Assembly: GCA_005888755.1 (NCBI GenBank) | Contig: VBBQ01000027.1 | Location: forward strand, 5,178 to 69,177 | Length of the DNA: 64,000 nucleotides | Source of the DNA: Candidatus Bathyarchaeota archaeon | Lineage (GTDB): Archaea > Thermoproteota > Bathyarchaeia > 40CM-2-53-6 | Reading direction: 5' to 3' | Part shown: positions 18,723 through 27,863 of the stretch, in pieces | Numbering within the stretch: the stretch's first letter is position 1 | Layout of the letters: each line of letters opens with the position of its first letter | Position numbers and translations under genes: made by a program | Notes under the pieces: model-generated | The model's input: only the letters and a program-made list of their open reading frames with translations | Told to the model about the DNA's origin: nothing | Databases searched by the model: none

Positions 18723-19481
18723 TTGGTAGAGGAGTGGCATGTCGCCACCCTCGCCGAGAAAATCCCCCCGCAAGCTCTCAAGCAACGCTCACAGATAATT
18801 GGAAAAATTCTAGCCGCGCGGGCCAAAGGCCTCAAAATGATATCGGACTTTAGCCTCCAAGGACAATGGCTCCAGATCAGGGCCAAAGGCGACGATGCGG
18901 ACGCGTTTCTCAACCTACTCAGACAAGAGCAAGGCGAAGCTCCCGTATCACGCGCAAATTTGGAAAGGTGGGATACCGTCAAAGGTTTCGTCGCAGGTGC
19001 GGGTCGGATAGGCTACGGCGTCTACGTCGACATTGGAATTCAGGACCCTGCGCCAAAAGACGCTCTTTATCCGCTCCACAGAATGAGGGCGCAATTGGCA
19101 GATGGAGAGGCTAAGTCGGCTAGAGAAATTCTGGATAGTAATGCACTGGTCGATTATGTACCGCTAAGGATGACTGTGACGGAATTTCAGGGGGAGAACA
19201 TCTCCGTCGAAATGGAGGACGAGGCTAGAGACCGTATTGTCTCGTGGAGAAAGTATCCCTTTGATAGGGTAATAGTGGTTGGAGCGAACAGAACGCAAGC
19301 GGAGAACGCTGTAAATGCATCAGGACTTCAGAGCGACATTGTAGAAGTCGAAAGCCTATCTCTATTTGTCCAGTCCTTAGTGTGCAAGATTGGCACAGAC
19401 GCGCCAGGAGTAATTGCAAAGATCGGAGGCAGTCTCAGAGGGATGGGCTTGAAATCCTACCGAACCCCAACCAAGCTGTAG
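18723..19481 (+). CDS. conserved hypothetical protein (co-located with tfe)
   Basis: 252-aa ORF with uniform coding character and no recognisable motif. It follows tfe by 22 bp on the same strand. Confidence 0.5.
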   Translation: MVEEWHVATLAEKIPPQALKQRSQIIGKILAARAKGLKMISDFSLQGQWLQIRAKGDDADAFLNLLRQEQGEAPVSRANLERWDTVKGFVAGAGRIGYGVYVDIGIQDPAPKDALYPLHRMRAQLADGEAKSAREILDSNALVDYVPLRMTVTEFQGENISVEMEDEARDRIVSWRKYPFDRVIVVGANRTQAENAVNASGLQSDIVEVESLSLFVQSLVCKIGTDAPGVIAKIGGSLRGMGLKSYRTPTKL

Positions 19482-19721
19482 CCAAGTCACAGCCTGTTCT
19501 CATCAATTGGGTTGCCGAGCAGGGACGTTTCCAAGTCGTCGTAAAGCATCTCAATGGTGTCGCGACCCTTGCGAGCCTTCTTCTCTCCACGTCTATCGGG
19601 CTTTGACACCAAACTAGACCCTCAACGTCCAGGAGAGAATGGTCTGAAGTAATAAGCTAGTTTCGCCTTTAGGGCAGAACGCGTTGAGGCCAGTAACAAA
19701 GCGACCAGATTCTCAGGGTTC

Positions 19722-20168
19722 TTAGGGTCTAGCGAGTTCTTCTTTCTCACGAGCAACCCTGACCCATCCGTACCACAGAAGACCATGGTAGGGAGCGCCG
19801 GTGAACAGTCCAAAGACAGACTCCAGCGTTGTGAGTCCGAGGACCAACATGAAAAGTCCAACAATTGATGAATATCCGTTTGGTGCTGGGACAAGGACTC
19901 CACCGACAATACCGAAGATGAATAACCAGCCACCAAGAAGAGTGAGGACAATGCCTGACAAAAGTCCAGCTATTGCTCCCCTGTGAAGTCTTCCCCTCTG
20001 TTCACGGTCCAGACGCAGATCACCGGCTTGCTCTTTGACATAGGTTTCCAACTCGATCTGTTCCAGGCTCTCGTCCGTTGATCGGACATCTAGCAAGCTA
20101 GCGCCGCAGACGCCACACTGGTCATCCGCGTCAGAAGAGATGGACCCGCAGCTAGGACATTTTTTCAA
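19722..20168 (-). CDS. hypothetical zinc-ribbon membrane protein
   Basis: N-terminal CPSCGS...CGVCG zinc ribbon followed by two or three TM helices. Confidence 0.5.
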   Translation of the reverse strand: MKKCPSCGSISSDADDQCGVCGASLLDVRSTDESLEQIELETYVKEQAGDLRLDREQRGRLHRGAIAGLLSGIVLTLLGGWLFIFGIVGGVLVPAPNGYSSIVGLFMLVLGLTTLESVFGLFTGAPYHGLLWYGWVRVAREKEELARP

Positions 20169-20183
20169 TCTAAAATCTTCTTT

Positions 20184-20783
20184 TCAGATCCGGTCGGGAA
20201 TGATTCTGCTGGTGGTGGTTGTTTCGACAACGGTTCCTATGTATCGGTCGCTGTACTTTTGCCGGCCGTCTCCATGGGTCCCGAGACCCACTGCTACGTC
20301 AACTATCAGGAGCATGAAGGCGACCTTGGAGAGATTTCTTACAAACGAGGACCATAAGTCTAGTCGTTTATTGTCCAACCTTACCACTCTCAAGCCCATC
20401 AGCTCCTTTCCAATCGTCCTCTCGGACAACGCTTCAGCGAGAACAAAGTAGGCAAGTATGATCAACGGTGCGACTCCGCCCAGCCAGAATCCCCAGAACC
20501 ATGCAAAGGGAAATGATTGTCCAAATAAGATCGAGGGAAGAGCCGGAAAGGCTACAATGAGCAAGAGAATGTAGGCCGCGATCGAAACGATGGCCACGTC
20601 GATTATGTAGGCGATGACGCGTTTCGCCCAGTGGTCCTGGAATCCTCTATCATCTTTCAGCCGGTCGAAGCCTGTTTGCGCACCGCGAGCCACGTTCGGG
20701 GAGGGTTTGGCGGCTGCTCCACAGCTATGGCAGAAGGAGGAGCTTTCGTAGAGTTGAGCGCCGCATTTCCAGCAGTAAGCCAT
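20184..20783 (-). CDS. RDD family membrane protein with N-terminal zinc ribbon
   Basis: CWKCGAQL...CHSCG zinc ribbon, then WAKRVIAYIIDVAIVSIAAYILL... with the conserved R/D positions of an RDD domain. Confidence 0.6.
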   Translation of the reverse strand: MAYCWKCGAQLYESSSFCHSCGAAAKPSPNVARGAQTGFDRLKDDRGFQDHWAKRVIAYIIDVAIVSIAAYILLLIVAFPALPSILFGQSFPFAWFWGFWLGGVAPLIILAYFVLAEALSERTIGKELMGLRVVRLDNKRLDLWSSFVRNLSKVAFMLLIVDVAVGLGTHGDGRQKYSDRYIGTVVETTTTSRIIPDRI

Positions 20784-20856
20784 TTTTTCTCAGTCGCTGA
20801 TAGCGTGTGAATTCCTCTATATCACTGTAGGGCTTGCGAGAACCGCTTCAACCAGT

Positions 20857-21615
20857 CTATGAGAGGGCATGTGCTTCTACGAGGGCGCGGAATTTGCTGT
20901 TCTTCGTCATTTCGTCCGCGATCGTGTCGTCTTCTTTGCCCTCGCGGTTCCAGACAATATACCGTCTCTCTCCACCACGAGAGAGTTTTGCAATAAAATA
21001 GGGCATGTAGAACAAGGTCCCATCCAACAGCTCCAATCTATCGAGGTCTAGCTTAGGTGGAAGCTGCAGCCCATCGGCGAACATCTTCCATCGCAACAGT
21101 TTCGTCTTTCTCAAGAACTCAATATTCTCTTTCAGACTTTCTCTCGCGGGACTCTCCTTCGGGAGAGCCTCATACTGTTTCGACCTTTCCTCCGACTGTA
21201 CTTCATAATCTCTCAAGAGATTTTTGAGCTCTGCTAACCGTTCGCTCACCAACACCGTGGAGTCAACACCCCTAACGACCAACGAAGAGTCTTCTTCCAT
21301 ATCGGTAAGCATTGGAGCCAGCGCTACCAGCCTGGGGTCGAAGCCGAAGTTCGCCTCTCGCAAGGCCAGGATTGTTGACCGGCCTTCGCTGATCACCGTC
21401 TGCTTTGACACGAAGCCTTTTTCCGCTGGATAACGGTACGTGAAGTCCAGATAGGGCAGAAAGATCGTTTTCGCGAATACGATCTTCTCCTCCGTTCCTC
21501 CTAGGATACCTTTCTTGGCCCTTTTTCTGTCGGTATCACGCAGGAAAACCTCCTCCGGTATCGCAAGAGGGACAGTCCTAACTGTCATCTTTTCAGGAGC
21601 CGCTTCCTCTTTCAA
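20857..21615 (-). CDS. hypothetical protein
   Basis: 252-aa ORF with good coding character, co-directional with and between the membrane protein and the RDD gene. Confidence 0.5.
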   Translation of the reverse strand: MKEEAAPEKMTVRTVPLAIPEEVFLRDTDRKRAKKGILGGTEEKIVFAKTIFLPYLDFTYRYPAEKGFVSKQTVISEGRSTILALREANFGFDPRLVALAPMLTDMEEDSSLVVRGVDSTVLVSERLAELKNLLRDYEVQSEERSKQYEALPKESPARESLKENIEFLRKTKLLRWKMFADGLQLPPKLDLDRLELLDGTLFYMPYFIAKLSRGGERRYIVWNREGKEDDTIADEMTKNSKFRALVEAHALS

Positions 21616-21649
21616 CTGCTTTATTTCTGAAGATAGTCTTGGAGACCGT

Positions 21650-22294
21650 CTATTGTGCCGGGGTCAGAGAAGGAGGCATTGGCGCAGGCGGCGTTGGTGG
21701 CCCCCAGACTTGCTGCGGTGGGGACTGCGACGGAAGCTGTTCCGGTATTGAGAAGAAGGCTACGATCTGAAGGATTGCGGCGATGAAGAGTATCACAAAA
21801 CCTACGAGGACGATCAGCGTGGCGGCCCCGATGAGGAATAGGAGACCGGTGGTCCGAAACATGTCAACTCTCAATTTCGTGGCTATAGTATCGTAGCTTC
21901 TCTTGACGAAGACCGTCGAGATCAGAATGCAAACCCAAAGTATCACGCCCGCTAAGACCACAAACCCAAGGGCGGCAAAGAATCCGGAAGGAATGGTCAT
22001 CGATCCGGGTGTGAAACCGCTTAAAGCGCCAAAGAATGACGCAGCCGCAGCGAGTAAGACCACCGTGGCAATAATTGGTCCTATGATTGCCAAGATAACG
22101 GAGTACATCATGTTGCTAAAAATCACCTGGTCTCCCACGATGTCAGCAATATTCTTCACAGCGAAAAGCATCAAGACGAGGCCTGCAACCAGCAGGACAA
22201 TGCCGACGTGAGCGGGAACCCAGAACAGGAGAGCAAGGATTGCCCCTACTCCGCCGAGCGTCTTCGCCTGCCCTAGAGAAGCCACACGCGCCAT
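21650..22294 (-). CDS. hypothetical polytopic membrane protein with Pro-rich C-terminal tail
   Basis: Five or six predicted TM helices. C-terminal PSQSPPQQVWGPPTPPAPMPPSLTPAQ. Confidence 0.55.
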   Translation of the reverse strand: MARVASLGQAKTLGGVGAILALLFWVPAHVGIVLLVAGLVLMLFAVKNIADIVGDQVIFSNMMYSVILAIIGPIIATVVLLAAAASFFGALSGFTPGSMTIPSGFFAALGFVVLAGVILWVCILISTVFVKRSYDTIATKLRVDMFRTTGLLFLIGAATLIVLVGFVILFIAAILQIVAFFSIPEQLPSQSPPQQVWGPPTPPAPMPPSLTPAQ

Positions 22295-22351
22295 AGCGAT
22301 TTCAGAGTAGATAATGCTTTACGGCAGCCGCTGAGCGCACTCTTTCTCTTG

Positions 22352-22864
22352 CTACTTGCTTTGCGGTTCCTTGTGTCGTACGATGGCAATGTCGCCGAGG
22401 GTCAGCTCTCTGGGCCCCGCTTGCCTGACGGGAACGGTGGAAACCTCGAGCTCTGCTCTCGGCGCAAGCAATTTCACACGCAGAATGTGTTCCAGTTCCT
22501 TTGTCAACCGCATCGTCGGAAGTATCTTGCCCAGCTCTATCTTCTGGATCACGGTCAGCTTTTCTTTCGCCTTGAAGGCTAGATCCGTCTGCGACAAGCC
22601 TAGTTTCTCCCGGGCATCCTTCACAATCCGGTGATAATCCTCGACTAGATCCGAGTCTTCGACCGCTTTCGGTAGGCTCTCTATCGGAGTTCGAGTATGG
22701 GATGGCACGGAACCAAGCCGGGCTGCTCTAGGTCTTCTCTCGGGAAAACCGGGAAGCTCTTTGCCCAGGCTCGAACATGATTGGCAGACGATCAGGGTTG
22801 CGCCTTCGACAAGGGACCGGCCGGGCTTACCGACTATCTCGTTCCCGCAAACCTCGCAGTACAA
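22352..22864 (-). CDS. mbf1: archaeal multiprotein-bridging factor 1 (aMBF1): zinc ribbon plus XRE-type HTH
   Basis: CEVCGNEI...CQSC zinc ribbon at the N-terminus and GLSQTDLAFKAKEKLTVIQKIELGKILP HTH at the C-terminus. Confidence 0.8.
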   Translation of the reverse strand: MYCEVCGNEIVGKPGRSLVEGATLIVCQSCSSLGKELPGFPERRPRAARLGSVPSHTRTPIESLPKAVEDSDLVEDYHRIVKDAREKLGLSQTDLAFKAKEKLTVIQKIELGKILPTMRLTKELEHILRVKLLAPRAELEVSTVPVRQAGPRELTLGDIAIVRHKEPQSK

Positions 22865-22879
22865 TGGCTGTTACAAGAC

Positions 22880-24228
22880 CTCGCGGCGAGAAACAGCAGA
22901 AATAGCCTCAGACCCAGCTTAATTAGCTATCGGAAGGTTCTGCTAACTTATCGGTGGATAGGTTAGCTTCGGGGCATCGACTCCAGGGATTACCGTAGGC
23001 GTCGGGTTCCCCTTCACAGCTTCAACTGCTCCGCCTTGCGCCTCATTGATTGGAGGCCGGGAACGTGCGAACCTCACCCGTCCCCGCCGAGCCAGGTTTA
23101 TCGCTGCTACCCTGTCCCGGTCCATCACCATTCTGCACTTTTCACACCAGAGCTTGCGTTCCAGTCTCTTATCCCCTTGGAGTCTCTCCCCGCATCTCGG
23201 ACAAGTCAGACTGGACCCTCTGGTCTCACGCTTAGACAAACGGATTACCGGAAGGCCTGTCCATCGGGCCTTGTACTCTATCTGCTTCTGAGCTTGACTG
23301 AAAGACCATGCGTTCATCTTATCCCTGTGTTTTCTGCCCTGCCAGTTGCCTCTACGGTAGAGACTTCGTATTCCTCGAATATCTTCGAGGACGATTGCTT
23401 CTCTACGCTCAACAGCCTTTGCGACTATTGTCTTCGTGGTGTTATGGAGTATCTGGCTAGTTCTGTCCCTCCTCCGCTCTCCATACTTGGAGGAGACCAG
23501 ACGCCGAAGACGAGCATCATCCCGTTTGAAAGAGGCCACAATGCGCCCTGTGGTTCTGACAATTCTCACGGTTTCTGAAAGGTCGTAGCAGGATACCCAC
23601 TCGTCGTTGCCCGCTGTGAGATTACGAAGATTACGGTCCACGCCCACTGTATGGATGCATTCTATCTCCGGAGGTTCACGAGCGATACTGAGACTCAGGC
23701 TGTGAGGGGTAAGCGTGAAGGAACGGACTGTGACGCCCGTTTGGGAGATAACCGCCAGGGTATGGTTGGTCAAGGGTATTCTGAAACGTTTCCTTCTCGA
23801 TACTGGAATACGCAAAGACCTGTTCTCTATTTTGAAACCGTAGCAGGAGATGAGCTGTGGTTTGACGGAGTACGGGGTCTTGGAAGCGTAGCCTCTACGG
23901 ATAGACTTTTTCCTAGCCGCAAGTATTCCTGCTGCTCTGCTTATAGCGCAGAGCTTGTAGTAGCTGGGTGAATCGTAACGAGATAATTGGCTGTAGGCGA
24001 GCAGCGAGAGTCCTCTGAGAGAGCTAGTATCGTTGGTGAGACCTTTCCGTATCGAGTCGTTCACCATGCTCCGGAAAACATCCAGCAACCCTAGAAGACA
24101 TTCTGGTGGAGCAAAGTTCTGCCGGACAGATTTTACAGCGAACACGGGGGTGAGACATAGAAAACCAAAAACCTACTTAAGCCATAGAGGCAAACGACGA
24201 TAAGTTTAGCGGAGCTATCGGAAGAAGG
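22880..24228 (-). mobile_element. IS200/IS605-family element (IS1341-like, tnpB only, no tnpA); boundaries approximate
   Basis: Contains the tnpB ORF, and its 3' end carries a sequence repeated elsewhere in the window (4036-4115). The element is inserted in the 78-bp space upstream of mbf1. Confidence 0.5.
22943..24145 (-). CDS. tnpB: TnpB (IS605 OrfB-family RNA-guided endonuclease / transposase accessory protein)
   Basis: 400-aa protein with a RuvC-like split nuclease and the C-terminal zinc finger CPRCGERL...CEKC. VAAINLARRG tail. Confidence 0.9.
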   Translation of the reverse strand: MFAVKSVRQNFAPPECLLGLLDVFRSMVNDSIRKGLTNDTSSLRGLSLLAYSQLSRYDSPSYYKLCAISRAAGILAARKKSIRRGYASKTPYSVKPQLISCYGFKIENRSLRIPVSRRKRFRIPLTNHTLAVISQTGVTVRSFTLTPHSLSLSIAREPPEIECIHTVGVDRNLRNLTAGNDEWVSCYDLSETVRIVRTTGRIVASFKRDDARLRRLVSSKYGERRRDRTSQILHNTTKTIVAKAVERREAIVLEDIRGIRSLYRRGNWQGRKHRDKMNAWSFSQAQKQIEYKARWTGLPVIRLSKRETRGSSLTCPRCGERLQGDKRLERKLWCEKCRMVMDRDRVAAINLARRGRVRFARSRPPINEAQGGAVEAVKGNPTPTVIPGVDAPKLTYPPIS

Positions 24229-24720
24229 ATGCCTCTTCAACCCGTCAAGCCGCAGCTCCACGAGCTGCGAAGGATCAGAGCTGTAGCTGCCTATCAGTTC
24301 GGCAGAGGAGCTGAGAAGGCCTTTCCCACGTCAATACTAATCGTTCGATCTCCGAACACGCACAGAATACGCCATGTGTACAATGACGGAAAATTACTCG
24401 CCACCTATCGTCCCAAGGACGGGCTTCTGGCCTTGACTGTGAATGGAGGCGTCGCATTGAAGCGGATTTTCAAGGCTCCAAAGCTACGAGTCAAGGTTAC
24501 CCCCGGTGTAGAGTCGTTCATCAGAAAAGGTGGAAACGTATTCGCCAAACACGTGATAGGGGTGGACCCTGAGCTGCGGCCTGAAGAGGAGGTCCTGGTT
24601 GTGGACAAGAAGGACCGCTTGTTGGCAGTTGGGAGATCCTTCTTCAATGCTATAGAGATGCAGAGTTTCGAGATCGGGATAGCTGTGAAGGTTCGGCACG
24701 GAGCTGCCGATTCTGAATAG
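24229..24720 (+). CDS. PUA domain-containing protein (small archaeal pre-PUA/PUA protein)
   Basis: 163-aa protein ...RIRHVYNDGKLLATYRPKDGLLALTVNGGVALK...VVDKKDRLLAVG resembling stand-alone PUA proteins related to the archaeosine-TGT C-terminal domains. Confidence 0.55.
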   Translation: MPLQPVKPQLHELRRIRAVAAYQFGRGAEKAFPTSILIVRSPNTHRIRHVYNDGKLLATYRPKDGLLALTVNGGVALKRIFKAPKLRVKVTPGVESFIRKGGNVFAKHVIGVDPELRPEEEVLVVDKKDRLLAVGRSFFNAIEMQSFEIGIAVKVRHGAADSE

Positions 24721-24763
24721 GCTTAACAATCACCGGACAGGGTGGGAGGAGAATGATTTCGCG

Positions 24764-25117
24764 TTGATGCGTCGAGGAAAGGTCAATCCCCGCGAAGCAA
24801 ACAGAATGATGCAACGCATGGGCATGCAAGTCCAGCAACTAGACGATGTTACCAAGGTGATAATGGAAACCCCGACCAGAAGGATTGTCATCGACAACCC
24901 CGAAGTCGCAACAGTAACAGTACAAGGACAGACCATCTACCAGGTCGGAGGGGGAACTATTCGGGAGGAGGGAGTAGGCGGAGGCTCCGACGATGACGCG
25001 AAACTTGTCGCCTCACAGGCAGGAGTATCTATGGAACAGGCGACGAGCGCGTTGCGACAATCCAACGGCGACTTGGCACAGGCTATCATCCTGCTCAAAC
25101 AGAAACGCAACCCTTGA
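24764..25117 (+). CDS. nac: nascent polypeptide-associated complex protein (archaeal NAC alpha)
   Basis: NPREANRMMQRMGMQVQQL NAC domain and the C-terminal UBA-like QAGVSMEQATSALRQSNGDLAQAIILL. Confidence 0.85.
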   Translation: MMRRGKVNPREANRMMQRMGMQVQQLDDVTKVIMETPTRRIVIDNPEVATVTVQGQTIYQVGGGTIREEGVGGGSDDDAKLVASQAGVSMEQATSALRQSNGDLAQAIILLKQKRNP

Positions 25118-25126
25118 TCTGTCTAT

Positions 25127-25591
25127 ATGACCATTCAGGCGACACTGTGCTTCATCCTTCACGATAACAAAGTTCTCTTGCTGAAGAAGAACCCCGGCCT
25201 CTTCGGGGCCGGCAAATGGAACGCGCCAGGCGGAAAACTACAACACGGGGAGACTGCTGAACACTGTGCTAAGAGAGAAGTCTACGAGGAGACGGGTCTA
25301 GAAGTCCAGCCCAGGAAGATCGGAACTCTCGAATTTTTCAAGTTTGACAAGCGTCAGGACCCGGACTGGATAGCACACGTATTCTTGACGAACGAATTTC
25401 ACGGGACAATTAAGGAGGGCAAAGAAGGCGTTCTCCGATGGTTCCTGATTGACCATCCTCCGTTCGACGACATGTGGGAAGACGACAGATATTGGTATAG
25501 ACACGCGGTCGAGGGCAAGAGTTTTCGTGGGAATTTCTACTTTAGAGGAGATTTTGAGAAACTGGTCGAACACAGGATCGAGCTTCTCTAG
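25127..25591 (+). CDS. NUDIX hydrolase (MutT-like)
   Basis: Nudix box GKWNAPGGKLQHGETAEHCAKREVYEETGLEV. Confidence 0.85.
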   Translation: MTIQATLCFILHDNKVLLLKKNPGLFGAGKWNAPGGKLQHGETAEHCAKREVYEETGLEVQPRKIGTLEFFKFDKRQDPDWIAHVFLTNEFHGTIKEGKEGVLRWFLIDHPPFDDMWEDDRYWYRHAVEGKSFRGNFYFRGDFEKLVEHRIELL

Positions 25592-25648
25592 CCCGCTTGA
25601 CTATTAAGGAGACTCGGATGGGAGAGAACCGAGCAGGAGACATCATTA

Positions 25649-27190
25649 TTGCGGATAGTCGAATGTGTTCCCAACTTCAGTGAAGGCCGGAGGAAAGAGG
25701 TCATCGAATCGATTGCTGACGCCATTCGAAAGACGCCTGGGGTAACGCTCCTCGATGTGGAATCCAACTCTGATCACAACAGGTCCGTGATAAGCTTCGT
25801 CGGCGAGCCGGGGCCCGTGAAGGACGCTGCTCTAGCTGCTAGCCAAAAGGCGATTGAGCTGATCGACCTGAGACATCACAAGGGAGAGCATCCAAGAATG
25901 GGCGCGGTCGATGTTGTTCCTTTCGTGCCGTTGTCCGGCGTAACCATTGACGACTGCGTTTCGCTAGCCCGTTCTTTCGGGCAAGAGTTTGCCGAGAAAT
26001 TTCACGTGCCTGTTTTCCTCTATGAGGAAGCAGCGACTACCGCAGAAAGACGGAACCTCGCTGACGTCCGTGAAGGAGAGTTTGAAGGCCTCCAAGACAA
26101 GATTGGCAAGGACCCGGCGAAGAAGCCGGACTTTGGTCCCGAGAAGATCCATCCCACTGCAGGCGCGACGGCTGTTGGAGCCCGAGAGATTCTGATAGCC
26201 TACAACGTAAACCTTGGGACAAGTGATCTAAACATCGCGAAGAAGATCGCCCACCAACTGCGAGCAAAAGATGGCGGGCTCTCGTTCGTAAAGGCGCTCG
26301 GGTTCGAGCTGAAGGAGCGCGGAATAGTTCAGGTGTCGATGAACCTGACGAACTATCGCAAGAGCCAGTTGTTCAAGGCATACGAGCTGGTCAAGCTCTT
26401 CGCTGATCGCTACGGCGTCCCAGTCGTAGGGAGCGAGGTGGTGGGGCTCGCACCTATGGATTCCCTCGTCGACTCAGCAGAGTTCTACTTGCGACTGGAG
26501 AACTTTAGCCGAGACCAAGTCCTAGAGAGGAAACTCTTCGCTCCTACGCCTTCAACACTGACCGACCAGAGCCTGGCAATGTTCAGCGAGGAAGTCGCGT
26601 CCAAAAAGGCCACCCCGGGGGGCGGAAGTGTCTCCGCATACATGGGAGCACTCGCCGCAGGACTTCTCTGCATGGTCGCCCGGATAACGCTGGGAAAGAA
26701 GGATCCCCCGCCCAGTGCAGAAAAACTCAACGAGGTGGTGAAGGAGGGTGAGGCTCTTCGCCAGAAACTTCTACGCCTTGTAGTGGAGGACACTGAAGCC
26801 TTTGACCTGGTGATGAAAGCGTTCAAGCTCCCGAAGGACCAGCCTGAGACTCGGAAGAAGGCGATAGAAGAAGCAACCATCAAAGCATCTGAGATACCAC
26901 TCTCAACACTCAACTGCTCAGTCAAAGTTCTAAGACTGGCTCACGAGGTCGCAGAGAAAGGGTCCACGAATGCATTGTCGGATGTCGTCACCGCTGTCTC
27001 TTCGGCGCGTGCGGCCGTTGAAGGGGCCGCAAGCAATGTCTTGATCAACCTTGCAAGTCTTAGCGATCAAAAGTACGTGGAGAACATCTCAAGACAGGTC
27101 TCTGATCTTCGAAAGGAAGCTGCTCAGCTTGAGGAACGGGCTGGAAAGCTTGTCGAGTCTAGAATTAGGAATCCTAGGATTCCAGCCTGA
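25649..27190 (+). CDS. ftcD: bifunctional glutamate formimidoyltransferase / formiminotetrahydrofolate cyclodeaminase
   Basis: N-terminal MRIVECVPNFSEGRRKEVIESIADAI (FTCD_N) plus the C-terminal cyclodeaminase domain TPGGGSVSAYMGALAAGLLCMVARITLGKK. Confidence 0.85.
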   Translation: MRIVECVPNFSEGRRKEVIESIADAIRKTPGVTLLDVESNSDHNRSVISFVGEPGPVKDAALAASQKAIELIDLRHHKGEHPRMGAVDVVPFVPLSGVTIDDCVSLARSFGQEFAEKFHVPVFLYEEAATTAERRNLADVREGEFEGLQDKIGKDPAKKPDFGPEKIHPTAGATAVGAREILIAYNVNLGTSDLNIAKKIAHQLRAKDGGLSFVKALGFELKERGIVQVSMNLTNYRKSQLFKAYELVKLFADRYGVPVVGSEVVGLAPMDSLVDSAEFYLRLENFSRDQVLERKLFAPTPSTLTDQSLAMFSEEVASKKATPGGGSVSAYMGALAAGLLCMVARITLGKKDPPPSAEKLNEVVKEGEALRQKLLRLVVEDTEAFDLVMKAFKLPKDQPETRKKAIEEATIKASEIPLSTLNCSVKVLRLAHEVAEKGSTNALSDVVTAVSSARAAVEGAASNVLINLASLSDQKYVENISRQVSDLRKEAAQLEERAGKLVESRIRNPRIPA

Positions 27191-27527
27191 CAAGCCCTCC
27201 CATCTTGTCAGCCCAGACCATCAACGGAGCCACAAGGATTGTAAGCTCTCTACCCTCACTCGTTAGATGATACTCGACGCGCGGCGGTATCTCGCGGAAC
27301 GCCTCCCGCTCGATGAGGCCGGTTCGCTGAAGGTCTTTGAGAACCTCGGCGAGTGTCTTGGCGCTTATTCCTTTGAGCCGCCCTTGTAATTGATTGAACC
27401 TCATGGTTCCATTGTTGCCAAGTTGGGCAAGCAAGCAAAGTGTCCACTTCTTACCTACGATATCGATGAGCCCTTTGCAGGGACAGGGACAAACACAGCA
27501 TGGTTCTCCTTCTACTAGCCTAACCAT
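27174..27527 (-). CDS. HxlR-family winged-helix transcriptional regulator with unusual N-terminal Cys cluster
   Basis: ...IVGKKWTLCLLAQLGNNGTMRFNQLQGRLKGISAKTLAEVLKDLQRTGLIEREAFREIPPRVEYHLT matches the HxlR HTH. The N-terminus carries CCVCPCPC. Confidence 0.8.
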   Translation of the reverse strand: MVRLVEGEPCCVCPCPCKGLIDIVGKKWTLCLLAQLGNNGTMRFNQLQGRLKGISAKTLAEVLKDLQRTGLIEREAFREIPPRVEYHLTSEGRELTILVAPLMVWADKMGGLVRLES

Positions 27528-27578
27528 AGGGTTACCAAGTTACGTACCAGAAACTTGATTGCTTAAATACTTTGTAAT

Positions 27579-27594
27579 AGTAACTAACGTTACT
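27579..27594. promoter_or_regulatory. 16-bp palindrome AGTAAC-TAAC-GTTACT; candidate HxlR operator
   Basis: Near-perfect inverted repeat about 50 bp upstream of the HxlR start, in a 335-bp divergent intergenic region. Confidence 0.35.
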
Positions 27595-27863
27595 TACAGA
27601 GGTGAAGTATTTGGACGATTGCTGCCCGTGTTGTTGCGGATGTTGCGGGCCAACTGCTAAGGGAACGCCTTAGCCAAAGCCCTACAGCTTATCGTATTAT
27701 CGTTCCCTTTTTTCCTCTGAAACTGGCTCTCAAGGGTCGGATACGCCGAGAAAGACCGAACCGTAGCCTCCTTTGAGAGAACGGATTCGGAAATTCTACT
27801 TTCTCTCTGGATAGTAGCGAGTGAAAAACGACCTCGACAAGGTAAGACTCGGCCGATACTCAC

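Noticed and set aside
23036-23971. Plus-strand ORFs (180, 81, 61 and 106 aa) antisense to tnpB
   Set aside because: They overlap the confidently identified 400-aa TnpB on the opposite strand, and the Pro/Ser/Arg-rich composition is typical of antisense artefacts.
26485-26925. 146-aa minus-strand ORF inside ftcD
   Set aside because: It is antisense to the 513-aa formimidoyltransferase-cyclodeaminase gene and its Ser/Arg-rich translation has no motifs.
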